From NCBI RefSeq assembly GCF_041956535.1, contig NW_027192191.1, forward strand, positions 721,328-785,327: a DNA stretch of 64,000 nt, written 5' to 3'. Positions 49,693-61,517 of this stretch are shown one piece after another. The translations under genes were made by a program, and so were the position numbers. This DNA comes from Calcarisporiella thermophila CBS 279.70. Taxonomy: Eukaryota > Fungi > Calcarisporiellomycota. The notes beneath the pieces are model-generated. The model was not told the origin of the DNA, did not search any database, and was given only the letters and a program-made list of their open reading frames with translations. Numbering within the stretch: position 1 is the first letter of the stretch; each line of letters starts with the position of its first letter.

Positions 49693-50268
49693 TAGGTGGA
49701 GGGAGAAGAGAGAAGCATACCGGCTCGCCTGGCGGTGGAAAGAGCGTCCATTGGCTTGGAAATTAAGGAGAGGGAGGAAGGATGTCGATAATCAGTTGGG
49801 GAAGAAACGGATTTCAAGGCTATGGAGAGGGTTGTGAGAACGAAGCATGGCCCTTGGGATATCGCGGAAACTGGAAAAGAAACCGGTCTTCCTCGCTAAC
49901 TTCTCGCGGGGGCACGGAGGAGAGTCGGTCAGACGAGCTTATTTATTTTTAATTTTCTCTAAGCGGTCCATCACGCCGATAGACCTCGCCCCATTTGCCA
50001 CCCGATAAACTCTAATGGAGTACATGTGCTCTAACAACAAAGGAAAAAACATGGCATCGCGTAGAGTTAATTTATCCATGCCCGCGTTCCAATCTCTTCC
50101 GTCGGCTTGTTTTGGGACCATTCGATCGTGACCCTTTTTTGCTCTCTCTTAGCCCAGCATCATGCGCCCCAAAACAAAGGGAGGGGCCGCTTTAAAATGA
50201 TCATGACGCCACCGCTGATTTCCTCTTTGTTCTCCCTCTCCTTCGTCAACAAGCCCATTCCATAGCTA

Positions 50269-51915
50269 ATGGAAGACACCATGCAAGATTCTAATGCCGA
50301 CGACTCCTCCCCAGAGCCCTCGGACACGCCGAGAGAAGTGCTCTCGCCTATCGTCTGCTCACATTGCGCCCACGCGCAAACGGAGGATGCAACGAAAAGC
50401 TTTTTTCGTAACCCTTCTCTTCCCAGCTCTCTATCCAATAGTGAATAGCTTAAATGAATGAATCCTTCTCTCGATAGTCCATCCCAGAACTCTCACCATA
50501 CTCGCTTTGATGCTGCTTGCGCTTGTCTATGTTGCAATGACGCCTGAAATAGATGATACAACCACCAATGTGAAGTTTGGGATCTTCGCGGCAATAATGG
50601 TGTTCATTCTAATTGGAACGCTGCAGTTTCCCGATGGACCATTTATCCGGCCCCATCCTGCGATTTGGCGTGCCGTGCTCTCAATTAGTGTTCTTTACCA
50701 GATGACATTAGTATTTTTGTTGTACATGGTCTGTTCAATTTTGACTGGCGATTCGACCTTTTTTTTCTACCCGCTTGCTTATTAGTATGGCGCTTATAGA
50801 ACAAGAACGATGCCCGGAAGCTCTTTTCCTATATCGATCCTACGCTTGGAGTTGAGCTACCGGAGCGCTCCTACGCCGAGAACTGTAAAATCACGGTGCA
50901 TAATGTGCTGGCGCAGAGCGACATTTTCGTGCTTGCCCACGCACTCGGATGGTTTGGTAAAGGTAGCTGAACAATCCACTTGCAAAAATTCTCGAATTGT
51001 TTGGGTTAGCCCTGTGAATCCTTATAATGTCCAAATCCATATTAATAGCGCTCATCCTGAGAGACGTGTGGTTCTGTTGGATTCTGTCCATTATGTTCGA
51101 GGTGTGCGAGTATTCGCTGCAGCACCAATTGCCAAATTTCAAGGAATGCTGGTGGGATCATGTAGGCATTGGCTTTCCGTAATTTGCAAACTCCCAATTC
51201 TAACCAGCTGATGCCTCTAACCTGTACAGTGGATCCTCGACGTCCTTGTTTGCAACTGGCTGGGCATCTATCTCGGCATGAAAACCTGCGAATATTTCGA
51301 AATGAAGCAGTATTCCTGGCGAGGCTTCCGAGAGATACCCACCATTCGGGGCAAAGTGTCGCGAACCGTACAACAGTTTACCCCGCATTCCTGGACCCGC
51401 TTCGAGTGGGGCACCACCAAGAGCTTTAAAAACTATGTTGTGGTCGTGTTCTTGCTTGCCATCTTTCTACAGTGCGAGCTTAACTGCTTCTACCTGAAAT
51501 ATTTGCTATGGATACCCCCCGAGCATCCCCTCAACACGTGGCGGCTTTTCTTTTACTTCTTGGCGGGTGTACCGGGAACGCGAGAATTATACCAATACGT
51601 CACGGATAAGTGAGTAGCCATGGCGCTTGTAGGAGGGCTCCCTCCACCTACCTTGTTATTGACAAGATTATTATGATGTCTTTTTCCTTCGGTAGAAATT
51701 GTAAACGTATTGGCCCCCAAGCTTGGTTGGTGATGGCGACCATTTGCACCGAGACTCTCATCTGCGTCAAGCTTGGTCAGGGCGAATTCCCGAACCCAAC
51801 CCCCACTTCAGTGAAATGGTTTTGGGCGGTGCTACTCACGCTGGTGGTGGGGTACGGGCTCCGAGTCCTATCCTTTACAAGCTCAGCAAAACGGAAGGAG
51901 AAGAAGCTAGCATGA
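50269..51915 (+). CDS. Phosphatidylserine synthase, base-exchange (PTDSS1/2, PSS) type
   Basis: Motifs [64 protein letters not shown]|[12 protein letters not shown] and [18 protein letters not shown]. The C-terminus KKLA is an ER-retrieval motif. Confidence 0.93.
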
Positions 51916-52261
51916 GCTGCCTAACTGGGAATGAGAAGATACTGTTGGCTCTTCTTATTTTGGTTCCCCCTTAATTCTGTCTTTTTTCTCTAAGTGCATT
52001 CTCTTGTAAATAGGTCTTCCTGTCTTATGCATGCTATTCTCCCGTTAACTTTAGCTCTCTTATCTATCATTAAATCTGTTCGTTTTCATGTAATTATCAG
52101 AGTTCTCCCCCCCCCTCCCCCCCTCTTCTTCCCTGATTTTATCAATGATACTCATGGTTTTATGTGTAATAGGGTGAATTCTTTTTTAAAAAAATCAAAA
52201 AACTTATTTTTCAAGCAGAAGAGGTTACAGGTAGAACGATCAAAGTGTATAGATTTATTAT

Positions 52262-53108
52262 TTACTATCAAAGAAGATCAAAAAGAAAGAGACGTGAATA
52301 CCTTGGATGATAAAAAGCCCTTCAAGAATAACTCACCTCCTGCATGGCATCCTCGGCCTTGCCCTTGCCCTTGGCCGAGGCTGACCGATCCTTGCGCTCA
52401 AGCAAGTTCTTGCGGTCCTTGTCGACCTTGAGCTTGGTGATCACCACCTTGGAGGGGTGGATGCCGATGGGAACGGTCGAACCTAGATGTTAAGAGTTAG
52501 CCAATCCAGCGCCGACAAATTCATTCGGGGGGGAGAATAACTAGGTACCATTGACTTTCTCGCGGCTCACGCGCTCAATGTGGATAATCCACTTCTTGCG
52601 ATAGACCTGCACGACCTTGCCCTCACGACCCTTGTAGGATCCGCGCACAACGAGCACCTCATCATCCTTGCGGATGGGGATGGAGCGAGCCTAAATGAAA
52701 CCATGTTTAAGCCACGGAGAACATTCAGCAAAAGCGCAGCCAAATCCAACTTACATGGTGCTTCTCGCGGAGCTCCTTGGAGAGAGACGCGCTCATGATC
52801 TTGCGGCGGATATTGGAGGGCGCAGAGAAGTGGGCCTTGCGGCTCTTGCGACGAGAAGAGCTAACGTCTAATGGGGAAGGGCAGACGGATGAAGTTAGCA
52901 TGAGGCCATCAGAATGATCGTATAGTGACAAGAGCAGATCCTAATGGACAGAGATCGAAATAACAACGCTTCTCAAATAAGAGAAAACACATGGTATATG
53001 GAATATACAATGCATCTGTTGTTGTTCCTTCTTCCATCCATCCATCCATCCACCCACTACTTTAGTATCATAAAGAGAAAGCATCTTCTTACCCTGGCTG
53101 AACTTCAT
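52262..53108 (-). CDS. RPL26: 60S ribosomal protein L26 (uL24)
   Basis: MKFSQ|[18 protein letters not shown]..|[30 protein letters not shown]..|[29 protein letters not shown]. The last intron probably sits directly before the TAA. Confidence 0.96.
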
Positions 53109-53219
53109 CGCAAATGGAATAGGATAAAGAAAAGAGAAGGAACCTCCTTTCCCCCCTCCTAGGATTACTTTTCTTCCCTACCGTCAAAGAACAAAAATTT
53201 GCAACGTCACGATTACGGA

Positions 53220-53227
53220 CAGTCACA
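53220..53227 (+). promoter_or_regulatory. Homol-D box (CAGTCACA) in the RPL26/RPP2 bidirectional promoter
   Basis: Exact CAGTCACA match between two divergent ribosomal protein genes. Confidence 0.65.
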
Positions 53228-53497
53228 GTGGAAAGGGGGGGATTTTTGTAGTGCGAATTGATGCGTCGAGGAGTTCCTCCTCTTTTGACTTTAACACCGT
53301 ATATCAGTCGAACTAGGTAAGCATGCATCCATCTTTAAAGATGGGTTTGCCATGGTGGCCGATGGACGGATGGATGGATGGTTCGATTTAATGCGCCTCC
53401 GCCCTTCGTCCACTTTGCTATGTGACCTTTGTGAATTATTCGAATCGCTTTTAGGATATCCATCATTAACGCGTCCTTTTGTCGAAGTAGATCCAAG

Positions 53498-53933
53498 ATG
53501 CGTCACCTCGCTGCTTATATGCTTCTCACCCTCGGCGGTAACGCATCTCCCTCCGCTGAGGACATCAAGTCCATCCTCTCCACTGTCGGCATTGAGGCTG
53601 AGGAGGAGCGCCTTAACCAGCTCCTTTCCGAGCTTGCTGGCAAGGACTTGAACGAGGTGAGTGGCATCGCATTTCTTTTTTTTTTATTTTTATTTTGCTT
53701 GCACACTGTTGGTTGATTCAGTGGACTAACTGAAGAATTTCCCTATTTATTTATAGCTCATCGCTCAGGGTAAGGAGAAACTCGCCTCGGTTCCCACTGG
53801 TGGTGCTGCTGTTGCTTCCTCTGGTGCTGCTGCCTCGGGCGGTGCTGCCGCTGCGGCTGAAGAGAAGAAGGAGGAGAAGAAGGAGGAGGAGGAGGAGGAA
53901 GATGAAGACATGGGCTTCGGTCTCTTCGATTAG
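53498..53933 (+). CDS. RPP2: 60S acidic ribosomal protein P2
   Basis: [31 protein letters not shown]..|[27 protein letters not shown]. Intron 53657-53756. Confidence 0.97.
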
Positions 53934-54651
53934 ATTCTTGCTCTTTAAAATACAACCTAATAAACACGTCACTTGTATTTTCCTCTCGAAATGGACAGCA
54001 CGTCTATTCCACATTAGACCAGGTTTCCCTGCCAACTATCCAGTCATGGATACAGGCTCGGAGCCCTCTCGGTAGAGGGCTGCATTACTTTAGGAGCTCT
54101 TCCACTTTTCTCGCTCAAACTTTTTCACTTATTACGCAACTTTTACATAATATTCGAAAACCTTAACGGCCTATAGAGAGGGGATCCTAGCAAAGATGCC
54201 CATCACATAAACTTGCATTGGAAGCAAAAGGCGGTGCTGATACATAATGAAGCAGAATCACGACATATAGTGAAGAAAGAAGGCGATGCTGGTCATCCGG
54301 CGGTTGCTAGGGTGGCCACATTAAGCCCGAGGTCTCGTGTTTTATGATTCGATGATGTCTCGTAGCATTCCCAGCCTTTTGTGGTAAGATTAGAAATGGT
54401 ACCCATTAAAATTTAATTGCGCGCACAAGCACAGGAAAAAATGCCTGCCAGTTCGTGAAGTAGGGGAAACGGGAGAAAATCGCATATTCGTGTTTCTTTT
54501 CGCTTGTTTTGATTTCTCTCTGTGAGAGCAAGCTTCTTCACTTTCATTCATCCCACTTTCACTTCACTCCTCACTCTCGGCGTCCGCTTTCACTTTCCGT
54601 TCCCTCTCCACCTCCCCCCTCCTGTCTCCTAAGGGAACAGCACAAGCAAGC

Positions 54652-55273
54652 ATGGCCTCACGTATCTTTCAGCATTTCCATCGCCAATCCTGGGATTCAC
54701 GCCGTTCCCTAGCATCCCTGGCTCTCTCTGCACTCCTCCTTCTGTATATCACTTCACTCGCCTCCGCAGCACCCGCTCGAACAATAAAGGTAGGCTTGTT
54801 TTCTGTCGGGCTCAGGAAGATTGAGCGACAATTAATGTTTTGGATTGATAATGGGTTTCTAGTTCCCACAAGTGTCCTTCTACAAAATTGAAAACCACAG
54901 CATCACGGCCAGCCAACAGAGCGCACCACCTCACTTTTGCGACTGCGATTCCCCCACCTGCCGGAGTGCACCTCCTGCCGTCACCGTCCACACCGGAGAT
55001 ACTGTCACACTCTACTTTGAAATGTCTCCTGGACTTGGCGACTGCGACATTTGGCTTGAGGATCCGGGTGCTCGCCCACCTCATCATCGTGTGTTGCAGG
55101 AATGGTGGCACGGAGACTGCACCTTTGCGAACGCAACCACCACGGGAACTACCCCGCTAATTATACCTGCGCGCAAGTGCGAGCAGTGCTTACTGCGGTT
55201 CCAGTGGGAGTTGAAGGCGGATAACAGTAGGAAGACGATACTGGAGCGTTGCTCGAATGTAAGAATTATTTAA
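54652..55273 (+). CDS. Secreted cysteine-rich protein with an LPMO-like beta-sandwich signature but no His brace
   Basis: Signal-like segment LASLALSALLLLYITSLASA. Intron 54790-54862 is in phase. The body reads TVHTGDTVTLYF..GDCDIWL..LIIPARKCEQCLLRFQW..CSNVRI. Confidence 0.7.
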
Positions 55274-56963
55274 GCACGAAAAGTATGAAGGTTCCTTTCC
55301 ATCGGTGACACGCCCCCTCTTGCCCCTTCGTTTTCTCATTCACTTTAATTTTTTTTTCCCCTCTGTTCATAATTTCGCATCTACACTTGTGCAAAGACGC
55401 TTCGCTTCATTCCTTTACCCCCTCCTTGATATCGATGTACTTCTAGTGTTCTCCCGTTCCTCACTGCAATGTGCAGGCTCACATTTGTGCACTATTCTCT
55501 ATTGCTATTGTTTTTTTTTGCTATTGATACTGTTTTTAGCACTTTGGCGCATCTAATGTTAATATATCCTATGATCGCTATTGCACAGGCGGTTGGGCCT
55601 GAATCATAGAGTGCATTACACCAGGGAAGCAAATTGGAGGTCCCCCTCCAATGCATGTAGGACGTGCGTTCGTGACCGCACAAGCTAGGCCTGGTTGTGG
55701 CTCGACGGGGGCTGCCACAGAGTTCAATGCAATATAGTTTGTGCTCTGTGTCTCGAAACCCCAGACAAGCCTTGTCGAGGTTGGTAGCGCGAGACCTCCA
55801 CCTTGGCGACAGCAGAGCGAGGGACTTCGAAAAAAGGAGGAAATTTAATATATCGTGGAAATTGGATGGCTCTTTCGGCCATTTCCTTATTCACTGGAAA
55901 ACGCCATAATGACATATTAAGCGTGCAATTTTTCGATCCCATGCACTCGCTCGGCCAATAGCAGAGCGATCGAGGATTCCACCCTCCTTGGTGTCTCCTT
56001 GTCCCCGCCCGTTCGCAATGAGGATGTTTGCATCGTTCATAGTAAATATTAATTCCTCTCTTTGATGTATATATAATTAAACCGCGACTTTCTAGTACTC
56101 TCCTCAGTAATGAAAGCATGATCTATTTATCCCTAATATTTCCTTTACTCTTCATCTCCCCGCCACACCTCACGGTAGCCGACACCAACATCGACCGACA
56201 TCCCTTCTCATCTCCAAAGGTAGCTTGAACTCTTCGCATCGTCACCGTATATCTCTTCTCCCAGGGGGCTAACTATAGACACTCTCCCCATCGCTAGTCA
56301 TCCCAACTGCTGCTGAGCACTGGCCATAATGTGTCACGAGAATTTTGCCGCATGGACCAGGTCGGACCCCTGACACTTGGTATTGTATTTTGGCTAAGGA
56401 GGGAGTCTCTTTGGAAAAAGCAGCCATTCACGCATTTATACGCTTACAGATCCTTCTTACCTCTATACCTTGGACTCACTCTATAAAAATCCAGTGTGCC
56501 TCATACGATCAAGCGCGTTAGATACCCAACCCTTCCTCGGACGCCGAGCTTCTTCGTACTTTTTCCAAAATCTTCAAAGGTAACTCCTTGCCCTCTCCTT
56601 TCCCCTCGAATCGATGGCTAAGCCAATCCACCCTTTAGAGAGCCGAGATCATTAGGAGAGAAGCTGGCGTTTAGCTCCAGAAGAGTTGCTGTCGCCAAGC
56701 CGTCCACCATCCGGAGCGATGCCACGCTTTCTTGTATCCACTTTGGTTTTGTTGTGTTTTTAGGCGCCGCTGTATTCTTTTTCCAATAATAATAACTTAG
56801 AAGTTTCCTGTGCCTTTTTGGAGAGGACGTGGCCAAAAATATATCATCCCCAATGTCTTGATGCAGGTCTGAATTTTCAGCCACCACTCCAGGAAAGACT
56901 ATTCATCTTGGGATAGGGGCTGACTCCCACCGAGATCAAACCCAACTTTCTAAATTAGACTCC

Positions 56964-58514
56964 ATGACACTACGACTCAAGAACACATTCCACAAACTCA
57001 ACCCTCTGCACAGTGACACTCGGAATCTGCAGATACTTTTGCAGGATGAGAAGGATTTCCTGGCCACCCTCAATAACGCTGCATTTCTCCGCCGCAGTTC
57101 TGCAAAACACATTGCAACATGGGGGAAGGATGAGGGCGAGGACATGGCTGATGTGACGGCCAAAATGGGCGAGGTAAGCATCCAGATTCTCACGTCGTTA
57201 AGTAGTGATGGGCGCTGAATGGATGGAATTGTGGCTTTTAGCTCATGCTGAAGATGGCCGACATCCAAGAGGCCTATGCCAAAAAATACGAGGTGTACCG
57301 GACCACCCTCAAGAATGTGCGGATCCAGGAGAACTCGATGCACGATTTACGCGAGCGACACAAATCCCTGATCAGCAAGATCAATGTGCTCAAGAAAAAG
57401 GCGCAGAATCAACCGCAGCCACGCCTGCCCGAACTGGAGGCGGAATTGCAGACGGTTGAACAGGAGCTCCTCGTCAAGGAGACGGAGCTTTCCGATTTCA
57501 AGCGGTACGCCCTGAAGGAGGCGGCCTATCTGTTCCACGGGGCGGCCCTCGAGTTTGCCCAAAAGACGGCCATCGTCGCAGAGTACGGGAAATACGTCGC
57601 CGACGTGTTGAACACAACCCCCACGATACCGGGGCAACCTCGCCCGAGATACGAATGTAAGTGATCCAGCTGAATGCTCGGCTCGCCTCTTTCCTCTCTT
57701 TCTTAAGCTGTGCTTCTATGGGTTAGACACGGAAAGAACCACGCAAGTGGTGGCTAGCTGCACCTCCGCCTTGGACAACTGGTTCCCGCCTGCAGCCGAT
57801 GTGGGCTTCAACCCGTCCTCCTCCTCCAACCTCTCTCAGCCCCCTAGGTCGCCGTTGCATCTCGATCAGCAATTTGGGAGCAAGCTCAAAGTCGCCAACG
57901 ATGGCTCCGCTCCTAGCCAAGAATATGCTGAACCTGATGGGCAGTATGAGTACGATCACGCGACGAGTGAAATAAAGACAGGAGAATCCTCCTCTCCCCC
58001 TTACATAGCCGATCCGTCCTCCTCAACCACCTACGGGTGGTATTCACCCACTCAGCCAACCGCAGGCGAGCCGGCAGCGGCTCAAAGCGAATACCAAGAG
58101 GCCTCGTCCTACTATCCTGCATCGCACGGATACGATCAAGCTGTATATACGCAATCCCCAGTTCCATCCGCCCCAGATCTCCCACCCTATTCATCCTACG
58201 GCCCCACACCTAAGGCCCAGCCAAGCCGTCGCCCGTATGACCCTAGCATCGGGCCAGCTGGCATTCGCGTTCCGCTCACAGCCGAGGAAGAAAAGCAGCT
58301 ACTGGCGCAGCAGCAGATGGCTTACGGCTCCTATCACGAGCCACCTCAGGGATACACTTCTGCGTCACCGCCGCCTCCGCCTCCGCCACCTCCTCTCCCG
58401 CCAGGCACTTCATCGCCAGCAACATCCTCTCAGTCGGGGCAGCCCACCCTTCCTCCGAAAATCCCTATGGAGGCCAACCCTGATCATCAGAACCAGGCGA
58501 CGCCCCCGCCATGA
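56964..58514 (+). CDS. Eisosome Pil1/Lsp1-family BAR protein with a proline-rich tail
   Basis: Motifs LQDEKD..AKHIATWGKDEGEDMADVTAKMGE, YRTTLKNVRIQE, ETELSDFKRYALKEA and EFAQKTAIVAEYGK. Two introns; the tail has LPPY, SPPY and poly-Pro. Confidence 0.88.
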
Positions 58515-58873
58515 TTGATGTATATTGTTTTTTAATTATACATACATATATATGTTTATATTTCTATTTATATTTAAGCGGCTAATGTAAAGAGGAAACC
58601 ACCCGTTCTCCTAGTTGCAAAACCAACTCTCCCCTTTCTCCCCCCACCAGTTTATTGTTTGCCTGGAGGAGTTGGCCCAAACCTCACGTCTACACCTGTG
58701 TCTGTTGGATCCAAAGCTTTTCCCTGAAGATCCTGGAATCCCATTTAAAATTCGAAAAAAAATTAAGATTTACAGTGGATCGTGGACCTCTTGTTTGATG
58801 GGAAGCAAGATGCGAGAGAAAATAAAACAATAAAATATGTATTTTGCGTCATCATACAGGCCAATTTCGAGCA

Positions 58874-59765
58874 TTATTTAAAGTTATTCTTCATCTCTCG
58901 TAGTTTTGCCATCACCGCAACCGCGTCGGTCTCTCCGGTCGCGGCCTGCACCTTTTGCTCCTTCACACGCATAAACGGGTTGGTGGCCTTCTCGTGGGCA
59001 AGGGTGCCAGGCACGGTGCACGATGCATTTTCCGCCTTTTTCACGGCCTCCTGGATCGCTTGGTTGTCTGGCTCAACGCTCAACGCAAACTTGAGATTGC
59101 TCTTGGTGTATTCATGCCCACAGTACACCTTGGTGTCATCGGGGAGCGATGCGAGCACCTCATTGAGGGACCGCTGCATTTGTTCGGCAGTGCCCTCGAA
59201 GAATCGTCCACAGCCACCCAAAAACAGGGTATCGCCTGTGAACACGGCGCGCTGCTCCCCATCTTCGAGGAAGAAGCTCACGCTTCCCTTCGTGTGGCAA
59301 GGAGTGTGCAGAGACTTCACCTTGATTTCGCCAATATTGAAGGTTTCATCGTGCTTACATGCGTTGGTTAGCCCGGGAATGCGATCGTCTCCTCCCCAGA
59401 CCTTGATTCCGGGATAAAGAGCGAGAAATTCCTCGTTACCGCCAGAATGGTCCCAGTGGTGGTGGGTTGTGATAACGCTACCATGGAAAAAGTGTAAGAA
59501 TAAAAAAGGGACATTATGGAGACAAAATAGGAAAGGTAGCCCTTACCCAACGACGGTGCATTTCGCCTTCTCGATCACCGGGACAATTTTCTTCGGCTCG
59601 ACCGGATCAACCACAGCGGCTGCCGAGAATTGGGGGAAAAGAAGCATCAATAGGATTCGCGTTCAGGCCACGTAATCCGTAGTCATTCTTACCCTGGCCA
59701 GTCTTTTCATCCACCACAAGGTATGCGTAGTTGTCGTCCAAACACGGAACAGGTGTAATTTTCAT
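58874..59765 (-). CDS. GLO2: Hydroxyacylglutathione hydrolase (glyoxalase II)
   Basis: Motifs MKITPVPCLDDNYAYL, THHHWDHSGGN, TPCHTKG, FTGDTLFLGGCGRFFEG, YCGHEYT and EKATNPFMR. Confidence 0.96.
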
Positions 59766-59931
59766 TGTCGCGAGAAGTTGAAGAATGTCAGAGCGAATTC
59801 GGCGTGAGAAAGGCCCAAAAAGTTTGGAAGTGAGCAAGCCTAGAAGGGAGGATATATAATCGAGGGCGTGGCTTCTGAAATCAATTCTGAAGTCAGCGGG
59901 AAGTCATTAAATTGCTTACGGCTCGTCAATG

Positions 59932-59939
59932 TGACGTCA
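59932..59939. promoter_or_regulatory. CRE palindrome TGACGTCA between GLO2 and the Rab gene
   Basis: Perfect ATF/CREB (bZIP) site in the divergent intergenic region. Confidence 0.4.
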
Positions 59940-60210
59940 TCCTATATGGATACGAGACGTGCTGCTGGCCATGCCCATTAGAGATTATTTTTTCCCCCTT
60001 AGTAATTTACATTTTGGATCCGCTTTCGCGATCTGAGCTATTTGGTATTGGGTACTGTAACCGTGTAAGTTGGATAGGACGCGACGGCTAGGCAGCTTAG
60101 AGGATTGCTGCGATGCGTGACTTTGACGGCCTAATTTTAACCTTCTTCACTCACTTGAACAGAGCATAGAACATCATCCAATAGAGGGAAGAACACATCA
60201 ATAAATAAAA

Positions 60211-61517
60211 CTGGATATCGGAACGAGCTCTATTTACTCCTCCATCTTGGAGGCCAAGGTCGTCATTCTAGGGAGTCAAGGTAAATTGTGGCCATGTCTA
60301 TGACTGTATGTGTGGGGGAGAGGAGGAGGCTTAACCAACGGGGCTTGAGCAATTAGGTGTGGGCAAAACATCGCTAGCGGTGCGATATGTGCAGAAGACC
60401 TTCTCCCCAAACTGCTCTTCGACCATCGGTGCATCGTTCATGACTAAAAAGCTGTGAGTTTCTAGAGGTCTAGAATGTGTTCTGCTGCTGGACATCCTAA
60501 CATATGAATTGATGGAAACTCAGGGTTGTGGACAATTGCCGCGTCCGACTGCAGATATGGGATACAGTAAGTTTCGCGGTTTACCTATCATGAAATTCCT
60601 ACGCTGACAGATTGCTAACCGATCCAATTTACAGGCAGGACAGGTAGTAATTCTCTTTGTTTGCAGAGTGTAACATTGAGTGGTCTAATAAGGAGTATAT
60701 TGTTTGCTTCTCCCGTCTCTCCTTCAGGAACGATTTCGGTCGATGGTAAAGTACTCTGTGCCTACAATCGCCTCTTTCTTTTTGTTTATTGTGTTCCATC
60801 TTCATGCTCTTTTTTTTCTGTAGGCACCAATGTACTATAGAGGGGTGGGTATTGCGAACTTGCACGAGTGGAACACCATGGTTTTAATTCTTACCCCCAT
60901 TCTCCGCGACCTGATTAGGCTCATGCTGCGATTTTAGTATATGATATCACGTCGGAGGAGAGCTTTGCTGATATGTCAACATGGACGGAAGGTTCCCCTT
61001 CTTTTTGATCTCTGCTCCATTTCGATCTGCGAACTAACCTACCCTCTCTATGCACTTTAGAGTTGCGAAAAAATATGACGGATGATTTAAGTAAGCACAC
61101 AAACTCGTGTTTCCTCTCGTTTCTCCATCATTAAGCCCATTTTGTGTTCTGCCTTTCGGTTTGGACAGTCATCCATGTGGTTGGCAACAAGCGCGATCTC
61201 GCGACCACACGGCGTGCAGTACCACTGGCGCGGGCCCAGGAATATGTATCTAGAGTGCTGGGGTCGGAGTATGCTGTGCATGAAGTCTCCGCCAAAGACG
61301 ATGAAGGTTGGAGCTGATGGCTCGCCCGCTTTTTTGCGAAATGGTCTAATCTTGGTCCTGAATCTCTGTTTTAGGAGTAGAGGAGGTGTTTCTGGAGATC
61401 ACCCGCGAGTTGGTACAGCGAAAGAACGAGATGGAGCGCGCACGATATTATAACCAACAGAACTCGATCACATTCGATGAGGAACCCCAGGCGCAGAAAA
61501 ATCAGTGCTGCACATAG
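60211..61517 (+). CDS. Rab5-group (Rab21/22/31-like) small GTPase; 10 coding exons; probable CTG start
   Basis: LEAKVVILGSQGVGKTS, STIGASF, WDT|AGQ|ERFRSM|APMYYRG|A, VGNKRD, EVSAK and C-terminal CCT*. Exons are 60211-60280, 60357-60453, 60524-60566, 60635-60643, 60728-60745, 60824-60844, 60919-60991, 61061-61090, 61169-61306 and 61375-61517. Confidence 0.92.

Noticed and set aside
52869-53092. Intronic C/D snoRNA in the long first intron of RPL26
   Set aside because: A CTGA lies near the 3' end, but I could find no canonical RTGATGA C box or terminal stem.
53751-54075. Poly-Arg, poly-Leu and poly-Pro ORFs
   Set aside because: These are alternative-frame and antisense readings of the RPP2 acidic GAG/AAG tail.
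55305-56900. ORFs such as 55724-56119 and 56618-56887
   Set aside because: They have no recognisable motifs or consistent splicing. The region looks like promoter and 5'UTR, possibly with introns, for the Pil1-like gene.
58782-59675. Plus-strand ORFs of up to 211 aa
   Set aside because: They are antisense shadows of the GC-rich GLO2 exons.
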